From the NCBI GenBank assembly GCA_051418015.1, contig JBPRGF010000033.1, positions 352,001 through 416,000 of the forward strand: 64,000 bases of DNA. The letters are read 5' to 3'. Numbering within the stretch: the stretch's first letter is position 1; each line of letters starts with the position of its first letter. The stretch comes from Candidatus Nitrospinota bacterium M3_3B_026. GTDB lineage: Bacteria > Nitrospinota_A > UBA7883 > JBPRGF01. A model generated the notes under the pieces. That model saw nothing but the letters and a program-made list of their open reading frames with translations, was not told the origin of the DNA and did not search any database. The translations under genes were made by a program, and so were the position numbers. Below are positions 21,985 to 30,505 of this stretch, in pieces.

Positions 21985-23397
21985 TTACAGGTCTATGACG
22001 TTGGAGAGAGTCTCGGCGCCGGTCTCGACGGTCTGGATATGGGTCACGCTGTCCCGGCCCCGTTTTTTCGAGCGGTAGAGGGCCTTGTCGGCCATCTCGA
22101 TGAGGCCTCTCGAGTTTTTGGCGTCGGCCGGATAAGTGGCTGCGCCAATGCTCACCGTCAGCTTTCCGTTCGGCTGCTCCTCCGCGCCGGCGAACGCGTG
22201 GGCCTTCACCTTCGACCTTATTCTCTCCGCCACCATCACCCCCTTCTTCTCGTCCGCCTTCGTGAGGATGATGGCGAATTCCTCGCCACCGTAGCGTGCC
22301 ACCACGTCCGTCTCCCGCGCCGTGTCGGTGAAGATTCTTGCCAGCGTCGTCAGCACCACGTTGCCTTCAAGGTGGCCGAAGGTGTCGTTGTAATTCTTGA
22401 AGTAATCGACGTCTATCATCAGCAGGCTGATGGGGTAGGTGTAGCGGCTGGCCCTCCTTATCTCGCTGTCCAGGGCGCGGATGAAATACCTGTGGTTGTA
22501 GAGCTTGGTCAACTCGTCGGTGATGGCCATGAACTCCGCCTTCTCGAGCAGCAGGGCCTTGTCGATGGCCGCAGCGGCATGGGCGCCGAGGAGGCTGAGT
22601 ATGTTCACCTCTCTTTCGGTGAATTTCCTGGGCCTGAAATCATCCACGTAGAGTATCCCCACGATTTTCCCCTCCACCTTGAGGGGAACGGCGATGATGG
22701 CGCCAACGCCCATCTCCCTGAGCGGTCTGGTGTCGAACTTTTTTTCCTTCTCGAGGTTCTCTATCACCGTAGGCCTGTCGTTGGAGAGTATGTGGCTTGT
22801 AAGCCCACCCGGACGAAGGCGCCATTTCATTTTCTGATCCGGGATGATCTTCTCGAACCCGAGGGACGTCTTGATCTGCATCGTCCCTTTCTCCTCATCG
22901 TAGAGTGCTATGGAGCCGGCCTCCATGCCGGTCAGGTTCAGGGCGGACTCCATGATGAGGTCCAGCGTGGTCTCCGTGTTGGCGGCGGAGGCGAGCATGA
23001 CGCCGGCGCTGTAAAGGATTTCCTTCTCCTTCAGGTTTTTCTTCATCTCCTCCTGGCGCTTTTTGTACTCCTCCACCATCCGCCACAGGAACCAGGCGCC
23101 GTATCCCGTCAGAAGCTCCGCCCTGGATTTTTTGCCGGTCAGGTACTCCTCCACTTCCCGCGCCCCGCTTGCGTCTATCAGGATATCAACATCGTCAGAC
23201 TCGGCCAGCTTCCTGAAATCGGCGTGCAACGGGACACCCATGTCCCTGGCCTTCATGACCGCGGGCCGCTTCCCGGAGCGGTAGGCAAGGCCGGCGATGG
23301 CGACCTCCGTGTCGCCCGAAAGTATCTCCAGGAGTGAATAAGCGCCGTCTCCCGCGCCTATTATTCCCACCCGGATCTTTCTATCCTTGTTCATCAA
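21985..23397 (-). CDS. Diguanylate cyclase with N-terminal Rossmann-like domain and GAF domain
   Basis: VGIIGAGDGA; GAF (AVPLKVEGKIVGILYVD); TDELTKLYN, DVDYFK.YND.FGH, RETD I-site, YGGEEF. Confidence 0.9.
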   Translation of the reverse strand: MMNKDRKIRVGIIGAGDGAYSLLEILSGDTEVAIAGLAYRSGKRPAVMKARDMGVPLHADFRKLAESDDVDILIDASGAREVEEYLTGKKSRAELLTGYGAWFLWRMVEEYKKRQEEMKKNLKEKEILYSAGVMLASAANTETTLDLIMESALNLTGMEAGSIALYDEEKGTMQIKTSLGFEKIIPDQKMKWRLRPGGLTSHILSNDRPTVIENLEKEKKFDTRPLREMGVGAIIAVPLKVEGKIVGILYVDDFRPRKFTEREVNILSLLGAHAAAAIDKALLLEKAEFMAITDELTKLYNHRYFIRALDSEIRRASRYTYPISLLMIDVDYFKNYNDTFGHLEGNVVLTTLARIFTDTARETDVVARYGGEEFAIILTKADEKKGVMVAERIRSKVKAHAFAGAEEQPNGKLTVSIGAATYPADAKNSRGLIEMADKALYRSKKRGRDSVTHIQTVETGAETLSNVIDL

Positions 23398-23713
23398 CGA
23401 GCCTTCCTCTGGGGAATTCGGTGCGTTTTACGATGTCGTTCCAGAAGTTTCTCTTTATGCTGTGGCAGGTCTTGCAATCGGCGGCGGAGGCGTAAGGCTC
23501 CTCCTTGTACATGGCCGTGGTCTTCGGGATGTGCTCGCCGGGATTGAAATTTCTGTGGACGTGGCAACCCTGGCAATATCCGGTGACAACCCTGATCTCC
23601 TCGGGTGTCTCCATATCCCCTTCAAAAGCCTCGTCCACCTGGCTTGTGGCGCACGAGACGGAAAAAAGGGCGAAAACCGCCAGCAGGGATACGGAAAACG
23701 GGGAAAATCTCAT
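23381..23713 (-). CDS. Small diheme c-type cytochrome, probable lipoprotein
   Basis: Hydrophobic signal ending SVSC; CQGCH and CKTCH; start uncertain (23713/23734/23785). Confidence 0.7.
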   Translation of the reverse strand: MRFSPFSVSLLAVFALFSVSCATSQVDEAFEGDMETPEEIRVVTGYCQGCHVHRNFNPGEHIPKTTAMYKEEPYASAADCKTCHSIKRNFWNDIVKRTEFPRGRLVDEQG

Positions 23714-24107
23714 CCTTCCCCCAGGATGGCGCATGCTTGACTCTATATAAAAAAATGGATGATTCAGCTTGGAAAATAATATCACGGAAAACAGTGGCGG
23801 GGCAAATTATATTTTTTCGTCCGCAGATACAGCAAATCGATAGGCGGAATGCCCTCCTCCGCCGCGCTCCAGTCGAGAAACTACTTGCAGGTTTTACGAC
23901 AAGCGAATGTATAATAAAGCCTTAACAGCAATCCCCGGAAGGGGCCTCGCGAACCCCCGCGTTTCTCATGGTGTAAAAACGCGATACGGCGATCGCACGC
24001 GGAGTGGCTTGTCTGCGTAACAATAAGTGACGTTTATGCCCGTCCCGCGCCGTTCTTGACGACTCTTTTTTTGTTATGGATGTATCTTGAGTGTGACAAA
24101 AAAAGCG

Positions 24108-24130
24108 CCCGACCTGATGGCCGGGCGCTT
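24108..24130 (-). terminator. Intrinsic terminator of the peroxidase gene
   Basis: Minus strand AAGCGCCCG..CGGGCGC hairpin followed by a T7 run. Confidence 0.8.
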
Positions 24131-24161
24131 CGTGTATCGCCGTTGTTTCAGGCCGCCGCCG

Positions 24162-25199
24162 TCACATCCTGTCCGGCTTGGGAGTCTCCGGGGTGGATGG
24201 CGGCAGGATCGGCAGCGCGATTTCCGGCGCCTGCCCTGTCAGCGATTTCAGGAAGGCGGTGATGGCGCCGATCTCGTCATCGGTGAGCTTCTCGCCGAGC
24301 TGTGTCCAGCCCATGATCCTTACGGCCTTCCTGAGGTCCCATACGGAGCCGTCATGGAAATAGGGGTATGTCAGCTCGATGTTGCGCAGCGAGGGGACCT
24401 TGAAGACATGCGTGTCCGCCTCGTCTTTCGTAACCTCGTACCTGCCCTTGTCCTCGAGCCCTTCCGGCGTGTTGACCAGGCCGAACTTTTGATACATCCC
24501 CCCGCCGACGGCGACGCCGTTGTGGCAGGCCACGCATCCTTTGCCCATGAAGGTCTCAAGGCCCTTTTTCTCCTTCCTGGTGAGGGCTCCCTCGTCACCC
24601 CTGAGGAACCTGTCGAACCGCGACGGCGTCAGCAACGTCCTCTCGAAGGCTCCAATGGCGTCGGCCATATGCTCGTATGTTAACGGATCGTCCTTGCCCG
24701 GAAAGGCCTCCCTGAAAAGCCTCACGTACTCCGGGATGGACTTGAGCCTCTTCATGACAAGGTCCTTGGAGGCGGCCATCTCGACGCCCGCCAGCACGGG
24801 TCCCTGGGCCTGGGCCTCGACATCCTTGGCCCTGCCGTCCCAGAACTGGGCTATGTGAAGCGAGGCGTTATAGACCGTGGGGGCGTTGCGTCCGCCTGTC
24901 TTCCACTTGTGGCCGGTGGAAAGAGGCGCGTTGTCCACCCCGCCCGTGGCAAGGTCGTGGCAGGAGGCGCAGGAGAAGACCTGTGACTTGGAAAGACGCC
25001 GCTCGAAGTAGAGCATCTTTCCGAGCTTCAGCTTGGCCTCGTTGGGCGGGTTTTGTTTTTTGAACACTGGTTTTTCCGGCAGCGGCTCGAATAAACCCGA
25101 AGCCTCGCTCAAAAGCCCGGACCCCTCGCCCGCCCACGCCGCGGAAAAGGCCAACAGAACCGCCAGAACCGGCGCGGCGATTTTTACGCTGTTTTTCAT
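24162..25199 (-). CDS. ccpA: Diheme cytochrome c peroxidase
   Basis: Signal peptide; LGKMLYFE.RLS, CASCH, RNAPTV.N, QFWDGRA, CVACHNG, FKVPSLRN, YPYFHDG. Confidence 0.92.
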   Translation of the reverse strand: MKNSVKIAAPVLAVLLAFSAAWAGEGSGLLSEASGLFEPLPEKPVFKKQNPPNEAKLKLGKMLYFERRLSKSQVFSCASCHDLATGGVDNAPLSTGHKWKTGGRNAPTVYNASLHIAQFWDGRAKDVEAQAQGPVLAGVEMAASKDLVMKRLKSIPEYVRLFREAFPGKDDPLTYEHMADAIGAFERTLLTPSRFDRFLRGDEGALTRKEKKGLETFMGKGCVACHNGVAVGGGMYQKFGLVNTPEGLEDKGRYEVTKDEADTHVFKVPSLRNIELTYPYFHDGSVWDLRKAVRIMGWTQLGEKLTDDEIGAITAFLKSLTGQAPEIALPILPPSTPETPKPDRM

Positions 25200-25378
25200 G
25201 ATCCCTCCCCATGATCTGGAATTGATCCAAGTTTAAACTTTATCTAATATCTTGCCCACTTTATACCTTAAAATATGAGCCGTTTTCAAAAAAAAAAACC
25301 AGTTATGAGCGAACGGCGGGATTTTTTCGTCCGCGGGGTCACGCCGCGGATGACCGCAAGCGCTGGCGGGTCCGCGGC

Positions 25379-27049
25379 CTACGGCAAAGCGGAGCGGCCC
25401 TGTTTTTCCTTTTCCCCGGCCCCCTGGCCTTCAACCTGCTCCTTGTGCCATTTCACGTAGAGCTCATCGAAGTATTTCGGGTTGTCCAGCATCTGCTCCG
25501 TTATCTCAAAGGGGCCTTTCCAGTCCATGTAGTTGAGGGCGGACGCCCCCTTCAGGAGCCTGTTTATGGCCGTGGACACCTGGACTCCGTTCTCCTCGGC
25601 GTACTTGATGATCTTGTCCTCCACGTTCTTCGGGATGACCAGCTCCACCCCCTGGTCGCGGTAGAACTTCTCGATGAAATCAACGAAGGGTGACCTCTCC
25701 AGTATCTTCAGCAGGGCGTCCCGAGGGGCCTCGCACATCTCGCGGGTGATCTCCAGCTCCTTGAAATTCGTCGCCGGAAACTCGAACTGGAAATCCGTCA
25801 GCAGATCCTCGAAAACCGAGACCAGCGCCCGCGCCCCGGTTTTCTTGTTCTCCCCCCTCTCGGCGATCCACATCAACGCGTCCTCGGTGAACTTCAGGTT
25901 TATCCCGAACAGGGAGAACTCGAACTTGTACTGCTCCAGTATGGAGTCCTCCGTCTCCGTCATTATCCTGACAAGGTCGTTCTTTGAGAGGGGGTTCACG
26001 TAGGTGCGCACGGGCGCGCGTCCCACCAGCTCCGGGATGATGCCGAACCTTATATAATCGTTCTCCCCGGCTTCCTTGTAGTAGTTGTAATGCTTCTCGG
26101 CCGGCCTGCCGGCGTCGGCGATGAAGCCGGTGATGGTGACGGAGCCGTCCTCCCGCAGGCCCCTGGCGCCCATCTCAAGCCTTTTCTTGACGATAGACTC
26201 CAGGTCGTTGTCCGGCCGCATGAACGAGCCGCCAAGGATGAACAGGATGTTCTCCGTCGAGATGAAGCCTTTGCGTTTGTCCCTGCCCGCCGCTCCCCGC
26301 TGCTGGTCCATGAGGTCCTGTATCTGCGAGGCGGGGCTCATGGGGTCCTCCACGGAAACGTTCTTGCGTTCTATGAGCTTCAGCACGGCCCTCTGAAAAC
26401 CCTCACGGGAGATGTCGTGGCCGATCATCTTGCCGTCCTTGGCCTTCTTGTCCAGTTCGTCGATGAATATCAGCCCGCCGTATCCTTCCACGAACTCCGC
26501 CTTCTCCGCCTTCGTGGAGCCGGGGGCCATCTGAATAAGCTCCCGGACCATGTCGTCGGCGCTCTTGCCCACGTAACCGGCCTCGGTGTAGTCCGTGGCG
26601 TCTATGATCAACGTCGGCACCTCCAGCAGATCCCCCAGTATCTCCACGCAATAGGTCTTGCCGGAGCCGGAGGGGCCGGAGATTATGGTGTTCTTCTTGC
26701 GGAACCTTTTGACCTTCACCCTGTCCGCCACCCCCTCGTTTATCGCCTTGACGATGGCGAAATGGTAGGCCGCGGCTATGGAGAGCCTTTTCTTGTAGTC
26801 CTCCTGGCCTATGACGTACTTGTCCAGGCTTTCCTTGATCTCTTTCGGGGTGTGAATCTTCACCTCGGGGGGCGGCTTTTTCTCTTTCGGGCCGAGGATC
26901 GCGCTCAGGCTCTCCTCGAAGGCCTCGTCGGCGGAGGCCCTCGCCCCCATGTAGGCGCGCACGGCCTCGTCCATGGAGCAGTTGTAGCGCTCCACGATGC
27001 TGTCGATCTCTTCTTTCGGGATTTCTATGTGAGTCGGGTCGATCTTCAT
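25379..27049 (-). CDS. ClpX-like AAA+ ATPase lacking the N-terminal Cys4 zinc domain
   Basis: LDKYVIGQ, GPSGSGKT, DATDYTEAGYVG, IFIDELDK, TENILFILGG, PELVGR, TGARAL. Confidence 0.85.
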   Translation of the reverse strand: MKIDPTHIEIPKEEIDSIVERYNCSMDEAVRAYMGARASADEAFEESLSAILGPKEKKPPPEVKIHTPKEIKESLDKYVIGQEDYKKRLSIAAAYHFAIVKAINEGVADRVKVKRFRKKNTIISGPSGSGKTYCVEILGDLLEVPTLIIDATDYTEAGYVGKSADDMVRELIQMAPGSTKAEKAEFVEGYGGLIFIDELDKKAKDGKMIGHDISREGFQRAVLKLIERKNVSVEDPMSPASQIQDLMDQQRGAAGRDKRKGFISTENILFILGGSFMRPDNDLESIVKKRLEMGARGLREDGSVTITGFIADAGRPAEKHYNYYKEAGENDYIRFGIIPELVGRAPVRTYVNPLSKNDLVRIMTETEDSILEQYKFEFSLFGINLKFTEDALMWIAERGENKKTGARALVSVFEDLLTDFQFEFPATNFKELEITREMCEAPRDALLKILERSPFVDFIEKFYRDQGVELVIPKNVEDKIIKYAEENGVQVSTAINRLLKGASALNYMDWKGPFEITEQMLDNPKYFDELYVKWHKEQVEGQGAGEKEKQGRSALP

Positions 27050-27127
27050 CGCGGCCGATCTTTATCGAGGGTTCAAAATAAAAACACACTATAACATATA
27101 CGGTCCGATGTAATAAGATGCCGGATC

Positions 27128-28039
27128 ATGAAAAATCAAGCTCCAGCCTGTCGCCGCCTGGCGGTACTGTGCGTATCGACCGCGACGATACTGTCGCTGC
27201 TCTCCGCCGCTCCCTGCCGCGCCGGATCGCTGAAAGTGACGGCCACGATCCACCCCATAGCGGACATAGCGCGGAGGGTAGGGGGGGGGGCGGTCTCGGT
27301 CCATACCCTCCTCAAGCCGGGCCAGGGGCCGCACACCTACGAGCCAACGCCGGGCGACATGAGGGCCATCGAGAAGTCGGACATGGTGGTCGTGACCGGG
27401 TTCGGGCTGGAGGAATGGCTTGATAATCTGCTGGAGCCGCATGGGAAACCGGGGAGGGTTGTCGTGGACCTTTCGGAAGCGGCGCCAGACCCGATAAAAA
27501 GCGCAACCCACTTCCACGGCAACGGACAGGTCAACCCTCATTACTGGCTTGATCCCATAATCATGGCGAGGGCTGCGGAGAGAGTGGGGGACGCTATGGC
27601 GGCGAAGCTGCCCGCCGAAGCGGAAAATATCCACAGGAGAGCGGCGAAGCTGGCCGAAAGGATCCGCGCCCTGGATGAACAGATCAGGGCAGCTCTCGGA
27701 AAACCGGGTCTGGCGAAAAGCTTCGTGGCCTTTCACAACGCATGGGAATATTTCGCCGCCCGCTACGGCCTCGAACAGGCGGGGGTCATAGAGACCGCGC
27801 CGGGGCGGGAGCCTTCCGCAAGGCACATGATCGAGCTTATCGAAAAGATAAAGGAGTCGGGCGCGAGGGCCGTCCTGACGGAGCCGCGTTTCCCACCGCG
27901 CCTCGCCGAGACGCTGGCGCGCGAGGCAGGAGTCAGGGTGGTGGAAGTGGATCCCATAGGAGGCGTCCCTGGAAGGGAAGGGTACATAGAGCTGATGCGA
28001 TACAACGCAGGGCAGTTCGTGAAAGCCCTTTCACCATAA
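27128..28039 (+). CDS. Metal (Zn/Mn) ABC substrate-binding protein, ZnuA/TroA family
   Basis: PHTYEPTP, NPHYWLDP, FHNAWEYFA.RYGL, EP, DPIG. Confidence 0.9.
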   Translation: MKNQAPACRRLAVLCVSTATILSLLSAAPCRAGSLKVTATIHPIADIARRVGGGAVSVHTLLKPGQGPHTYEPTPGDMRAIEKSDMVVVTGFGLEEWLDNLLEPHGKPGRVVVDLSEAAPDPIKSATHFHGNGQVNPHYWLDPIIMARAAERVGDAMAAKLPAEAENIHRRAAKLAERIRALDEQIRAALGKPGLAKSFVAFHNAWEYFAARYGLEQAGVIETAPGREPSARHMIELIEKIKESGARAVLTEPRFPPRLAETLAREAGVRVVEVDPIGGVPGREGYIELMRYNAGQFVKALSP

Positions 28040-28092
28040 AAAAAGGCGCCCGCGGCTTTTAGGGGGATCAAGGAGGGAAGCCGCGGGCGCCT
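28038..28092 (-). terminator. Terminator hairpin with long C-rich loop, end of the trxA unit
   Basis: Minus strand AGGCGCCCGCGGCTT-loop-AAGCCGCGGGCGCC followed by a T run. Confidence 0.8.
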
Positions 28093-28131
28093 GATATAAG
28101 GCGACAGGGGGATATCGCCTCGTGGTCTCCG

Positions 28132-28350
28132 TTATTCTTTCATCGCGTAGTCCTTGATCAGCTTCGCGCCAAGCAGAAGCAACGGCGCCGAATGCAAAAA
28201 CAGATCGAAAATATCAAGCGGCCTGGAAAGCTGGCCGTTTTTCAGCATCCCCAGCTTCTCCACAAGATGCGGCTTCGGACTTATCGGCGCGACGGCAAGC
28301 CACAACGCCACCGGAATCAACAGCTTATACGAAATATAATCCAGCGCCAC
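28132..28350 (-). CDS. Small conserved-type membrane protein
   Basis: LAVAP..P.PHLVEKL.ML..G.L.RPLDIFDLFLH pattern with two hydrophobic segments; GTG start after GGAG. Confidence 0.75.
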   Translation of the reverse strand: MALDYISYKLLIPVALWLAVAPISPKPHLVEKLGMLKNGQLSRPLDIFDLFLHSAPLLLLGAKLIKDYAMKE

Positions 28351-28367
28351 GTTAAAACTCCCACCCC

Positions 28368-28700
28368 TCAGGCGGCCACGACGGCGCTGTCGATGAAGTT
28401 TTTCAAAACTTCCTTCGGCGCCGCGCCCACCATCTGATCCACAAGCTCGCCGTCCTTGAACAGCATCAGCGTGGGAATGCCGCGCACGCCGTACTTCGCC
28501 GGCGTCTGGAACGAGCTGTCCGTGTCCAGCTTGACCATCTTTACCCTGCCGTCGAACTCCTCGGCCAGCTGCTCAACAATGGGACCTACCATCTGGCAGG
28601 GACCACACCACGCCGCCCAGAAATCCACAAGCACGGGTACGTCGCTGTCCAGAACCTCTTTCCGGAAGCTGTCGTCCGTTACGTGAACAACCTTTGACAT
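28368..28700 (-). CDS. trxA: Thioredoxin
   Basis: VLVDFWAAWCGPC, GIPTL; ATG 28700 follows AAGGAGG. Confidence 0.96.
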   Translation of the reverse strand: MSKVVHVTDDSFRKEVLDSDVPVLVDFWAAWCGPCQMVGPIVEQLAEEFDGRVKMVKLDTDSSFQTPAKYGVRGIPTLMLFKDGELVDQMVGAAPKEVLKNFIDSAVVAA

Positions 28701-28762
28701 CTTCTTCACCTCCTTGAGTTTGAGATGATACGGTTAACTCTTGGTCCTTGTCGATGTAGAAA

Positions 28763-28778
28763 TACAACAGCCGTGCCA
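28763..28778 (-). promoter_or_regulatory. Putative sigma54 -24/-12 promoter of trxA
   Basis: TGGCACG-GCTG-TTGTA: correct spacing, but GT instead of GC at -12. Confidence 0.55.
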
Positions 28779-28871
28779 AACCGCGGAAAGCGCCAAGGAC
28801 GATGATATATCTTTATTTATCAGCATGATAGCAGCAGCCCCTTCCGCGCCCGCTACCCAGCGGGGATAGGT

Positions 28872-28914
28872 TTGCAACATGTTTGTCGCAACATATGTCG
28901 CAAATATTGTCGCC
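28872..28914. promoter_or_regulatory. Tandem TGTCGC(A) repeats, putative enhancer
   Basis: TGTCGC at 28884, 28896 and 28908 (12-bp period), about 110-135 bp upstream of the sigma54-like site. Confidence 0.55.
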
Positions 28915-28926
28915 CTGCGGGGGTCG

Positions 28927-30291
28927 TCAGGATATGTTGTGTTCTTTCATCTTGCGCCAGAGTGTGGCGCGATGCACCCCCAGGAGCCTGGCGGCCTGGT
29001 TCTTTCTCCACCCGGCCCGGTCGAGGGCGGCGATGATGCGGGCCTTCTCGTCGGCGATGTCGTCCAGCCCTTCTCGCGCCTCCCGGGTGGCTGAAAAGCC
29101 GCGGGCGATCTCCTCGGGCAGGTCTTCCGGCTGGATCAGCCCCTCTTCACGCAGGGCGAAGGCGTGGGCGATGGCGTTCTCCAGCTCGCGGACGTTGCCG
29201 GGCCAGCGATAGCGGGTCAAAAGTTTCAGAGCCTCGGAAGAGACTCCCGTTATGGCTCTTCCCGTCTCCTTCCGGCCCCGTTCGATAAAATTATCCACAA
29301 GGAGTCTTATATCCGCCGCCCGCTCCCGCAACGGGGGCAGCTCTATCCGCACAACCTTAAGGCGATAGTAGAGGTCTTCCCTGAAAATCCTTTGAGTTAC
29401 AAGGTCTTTTAGTTTACGGTTAGTGGCGGATATTATCCTGACGTCCACCTTCCGCGGCTGCGTGTCGCCAAGCCTTTCGATCACCTTGTCCTGGAGGACG
29501 TTCAGGAGCTTTATCTGGGTGAGGGGAGGGATGTCGCCTATCTCGTCGAGGAAAATCGTTCCGCCCTGGGCAAGCTCGAACCGCCCGACGCGGTCGCGCA
29601 ACGCTCCGGTGAAGGCTCCTTTTACGTGGCCGAAAAGCTCAGAGTCCAGCAAGGACTCCGACAGCGCCGCGCAGTTGACCTTTACGAAGGGGCCGTCTCT
29701 CCTGTTCGATCCGTTGTGTATGGCCTCGGCCACCAGCCCCTTGCCGGAACCGGATTCTCCCTCGATCAGGACCGGCGCGTCGGATCGGGAGACCTTTTCG
29801 ATAAGGCTGTAGACCTCCCGCATTCCGGCGGTTCTTCCGACAAGCTTGTGATAAGCAGGGCCGCCGTCGAGCATTTTGCGCAGCTTCTGGGTGTCGGAGA
29901 TGTCGTGGATTATGAGGATGGCGCCCCGGTCGGCCCCGTCCCTGTCCCGCAGGATCGAGGTGGAAAGGATCACCGTCCGCTCGTCCCCGGCCCGGTCTTC
30001 GAACTTGAACGAAAAATTCCTGATCGGCTTCTTTTTGCGGACTGACTTGAGCAGGATGTCCTTTATCTCCGAGAACATCTCCTCGCAAAAGCACTTCCGC
30101 CCCACCACGTCCTTTTTTCTTACACCAAAAAAGCTTTGGGCGGCCTCGTTCAGGTTCACGACGGTCAGCTCGTTGTCCATCGATATGATCCCGTCGTAGA
30201 CGGAGTTGAAGACGGCTTCAAGGTTTTCTTTAAGGGCGAGGCAGGAGTCTATCTTCTCCCTCTCGTCAAGTATGAGCCTGGTTTGCGACAT
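28927..30291 (-). CDS. PAS-domain sigma54-dependent transcriptional activator
   Basis: PAS; GESGSGKG, GAFTGA, FLDEIGD, FREDLYYRL, WPGNVRELEN, Fis-type HTH. Confidence 0.95.
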   Translation of the reverse strand: MSQTRLILDEREKIDSCLALKENLEAVFNSVYDGIISMDNELTVVNLNEAAQSFFGVRKKDVVGRKCFCEEMFSEIKDILLKSVRKKKPIRNFSFKFEDRAGDERTVILSTSILRDRDGADRGAILIIHDISDTQKLRKMLDGGPAYHKLVGRTAGMREVYSLIEKVSRSDAPVLIEGESGSGKGLVAEAIHNGSNRRDGPFVKVNCAALSESLLDSELFGHVKGAFTGALRDRVGRFELAQGGTIFLDEIGDIPPLTQIKLLNVLQDKVIERLGDTQPRKVDVRIISATNRKLKDLVTQRIFREDLYYRLKVVRIELPPLRERAADIRLLVDNFIERGRKETGRAITGVSSEALKLLTRYRWPGNVRELENAIAHAFALREEGLIQPEDLPEEIARGFSATREAREGLDDIADEKARIIAALDRAGWRKNQAARLLGVHRATLWRKMKEHNIS

Positions 30292-30469
30292 TTCTTCAGC
30301 TATTCCAGCGACACCGCATCAGTGTAAACTTTAAAGGCGCATATATAATATCATGATATTACGCGATGTAGCCATCGAAGCGCCGCTCAGGAACAGCATT
30401 AACATACGACGCAGGGATGTAGCCACAAAACAGTCTCTCACGTAGCGGGTCTTGACAAAAAGGTTGAAA

Positions 30470-30498
30470 TTGACAGGGCAGGGCGGCGGTCTTAAACT
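30470..30498 (+). promoter_or_regulatory. sigma70-type promoter of miaB
   Basis: TTGACA-N17-TAAACT, 7 nt before ATG 30506. Confidence 0.65.
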
Positions 30499-30505
30499 TC
30501 GAAAC

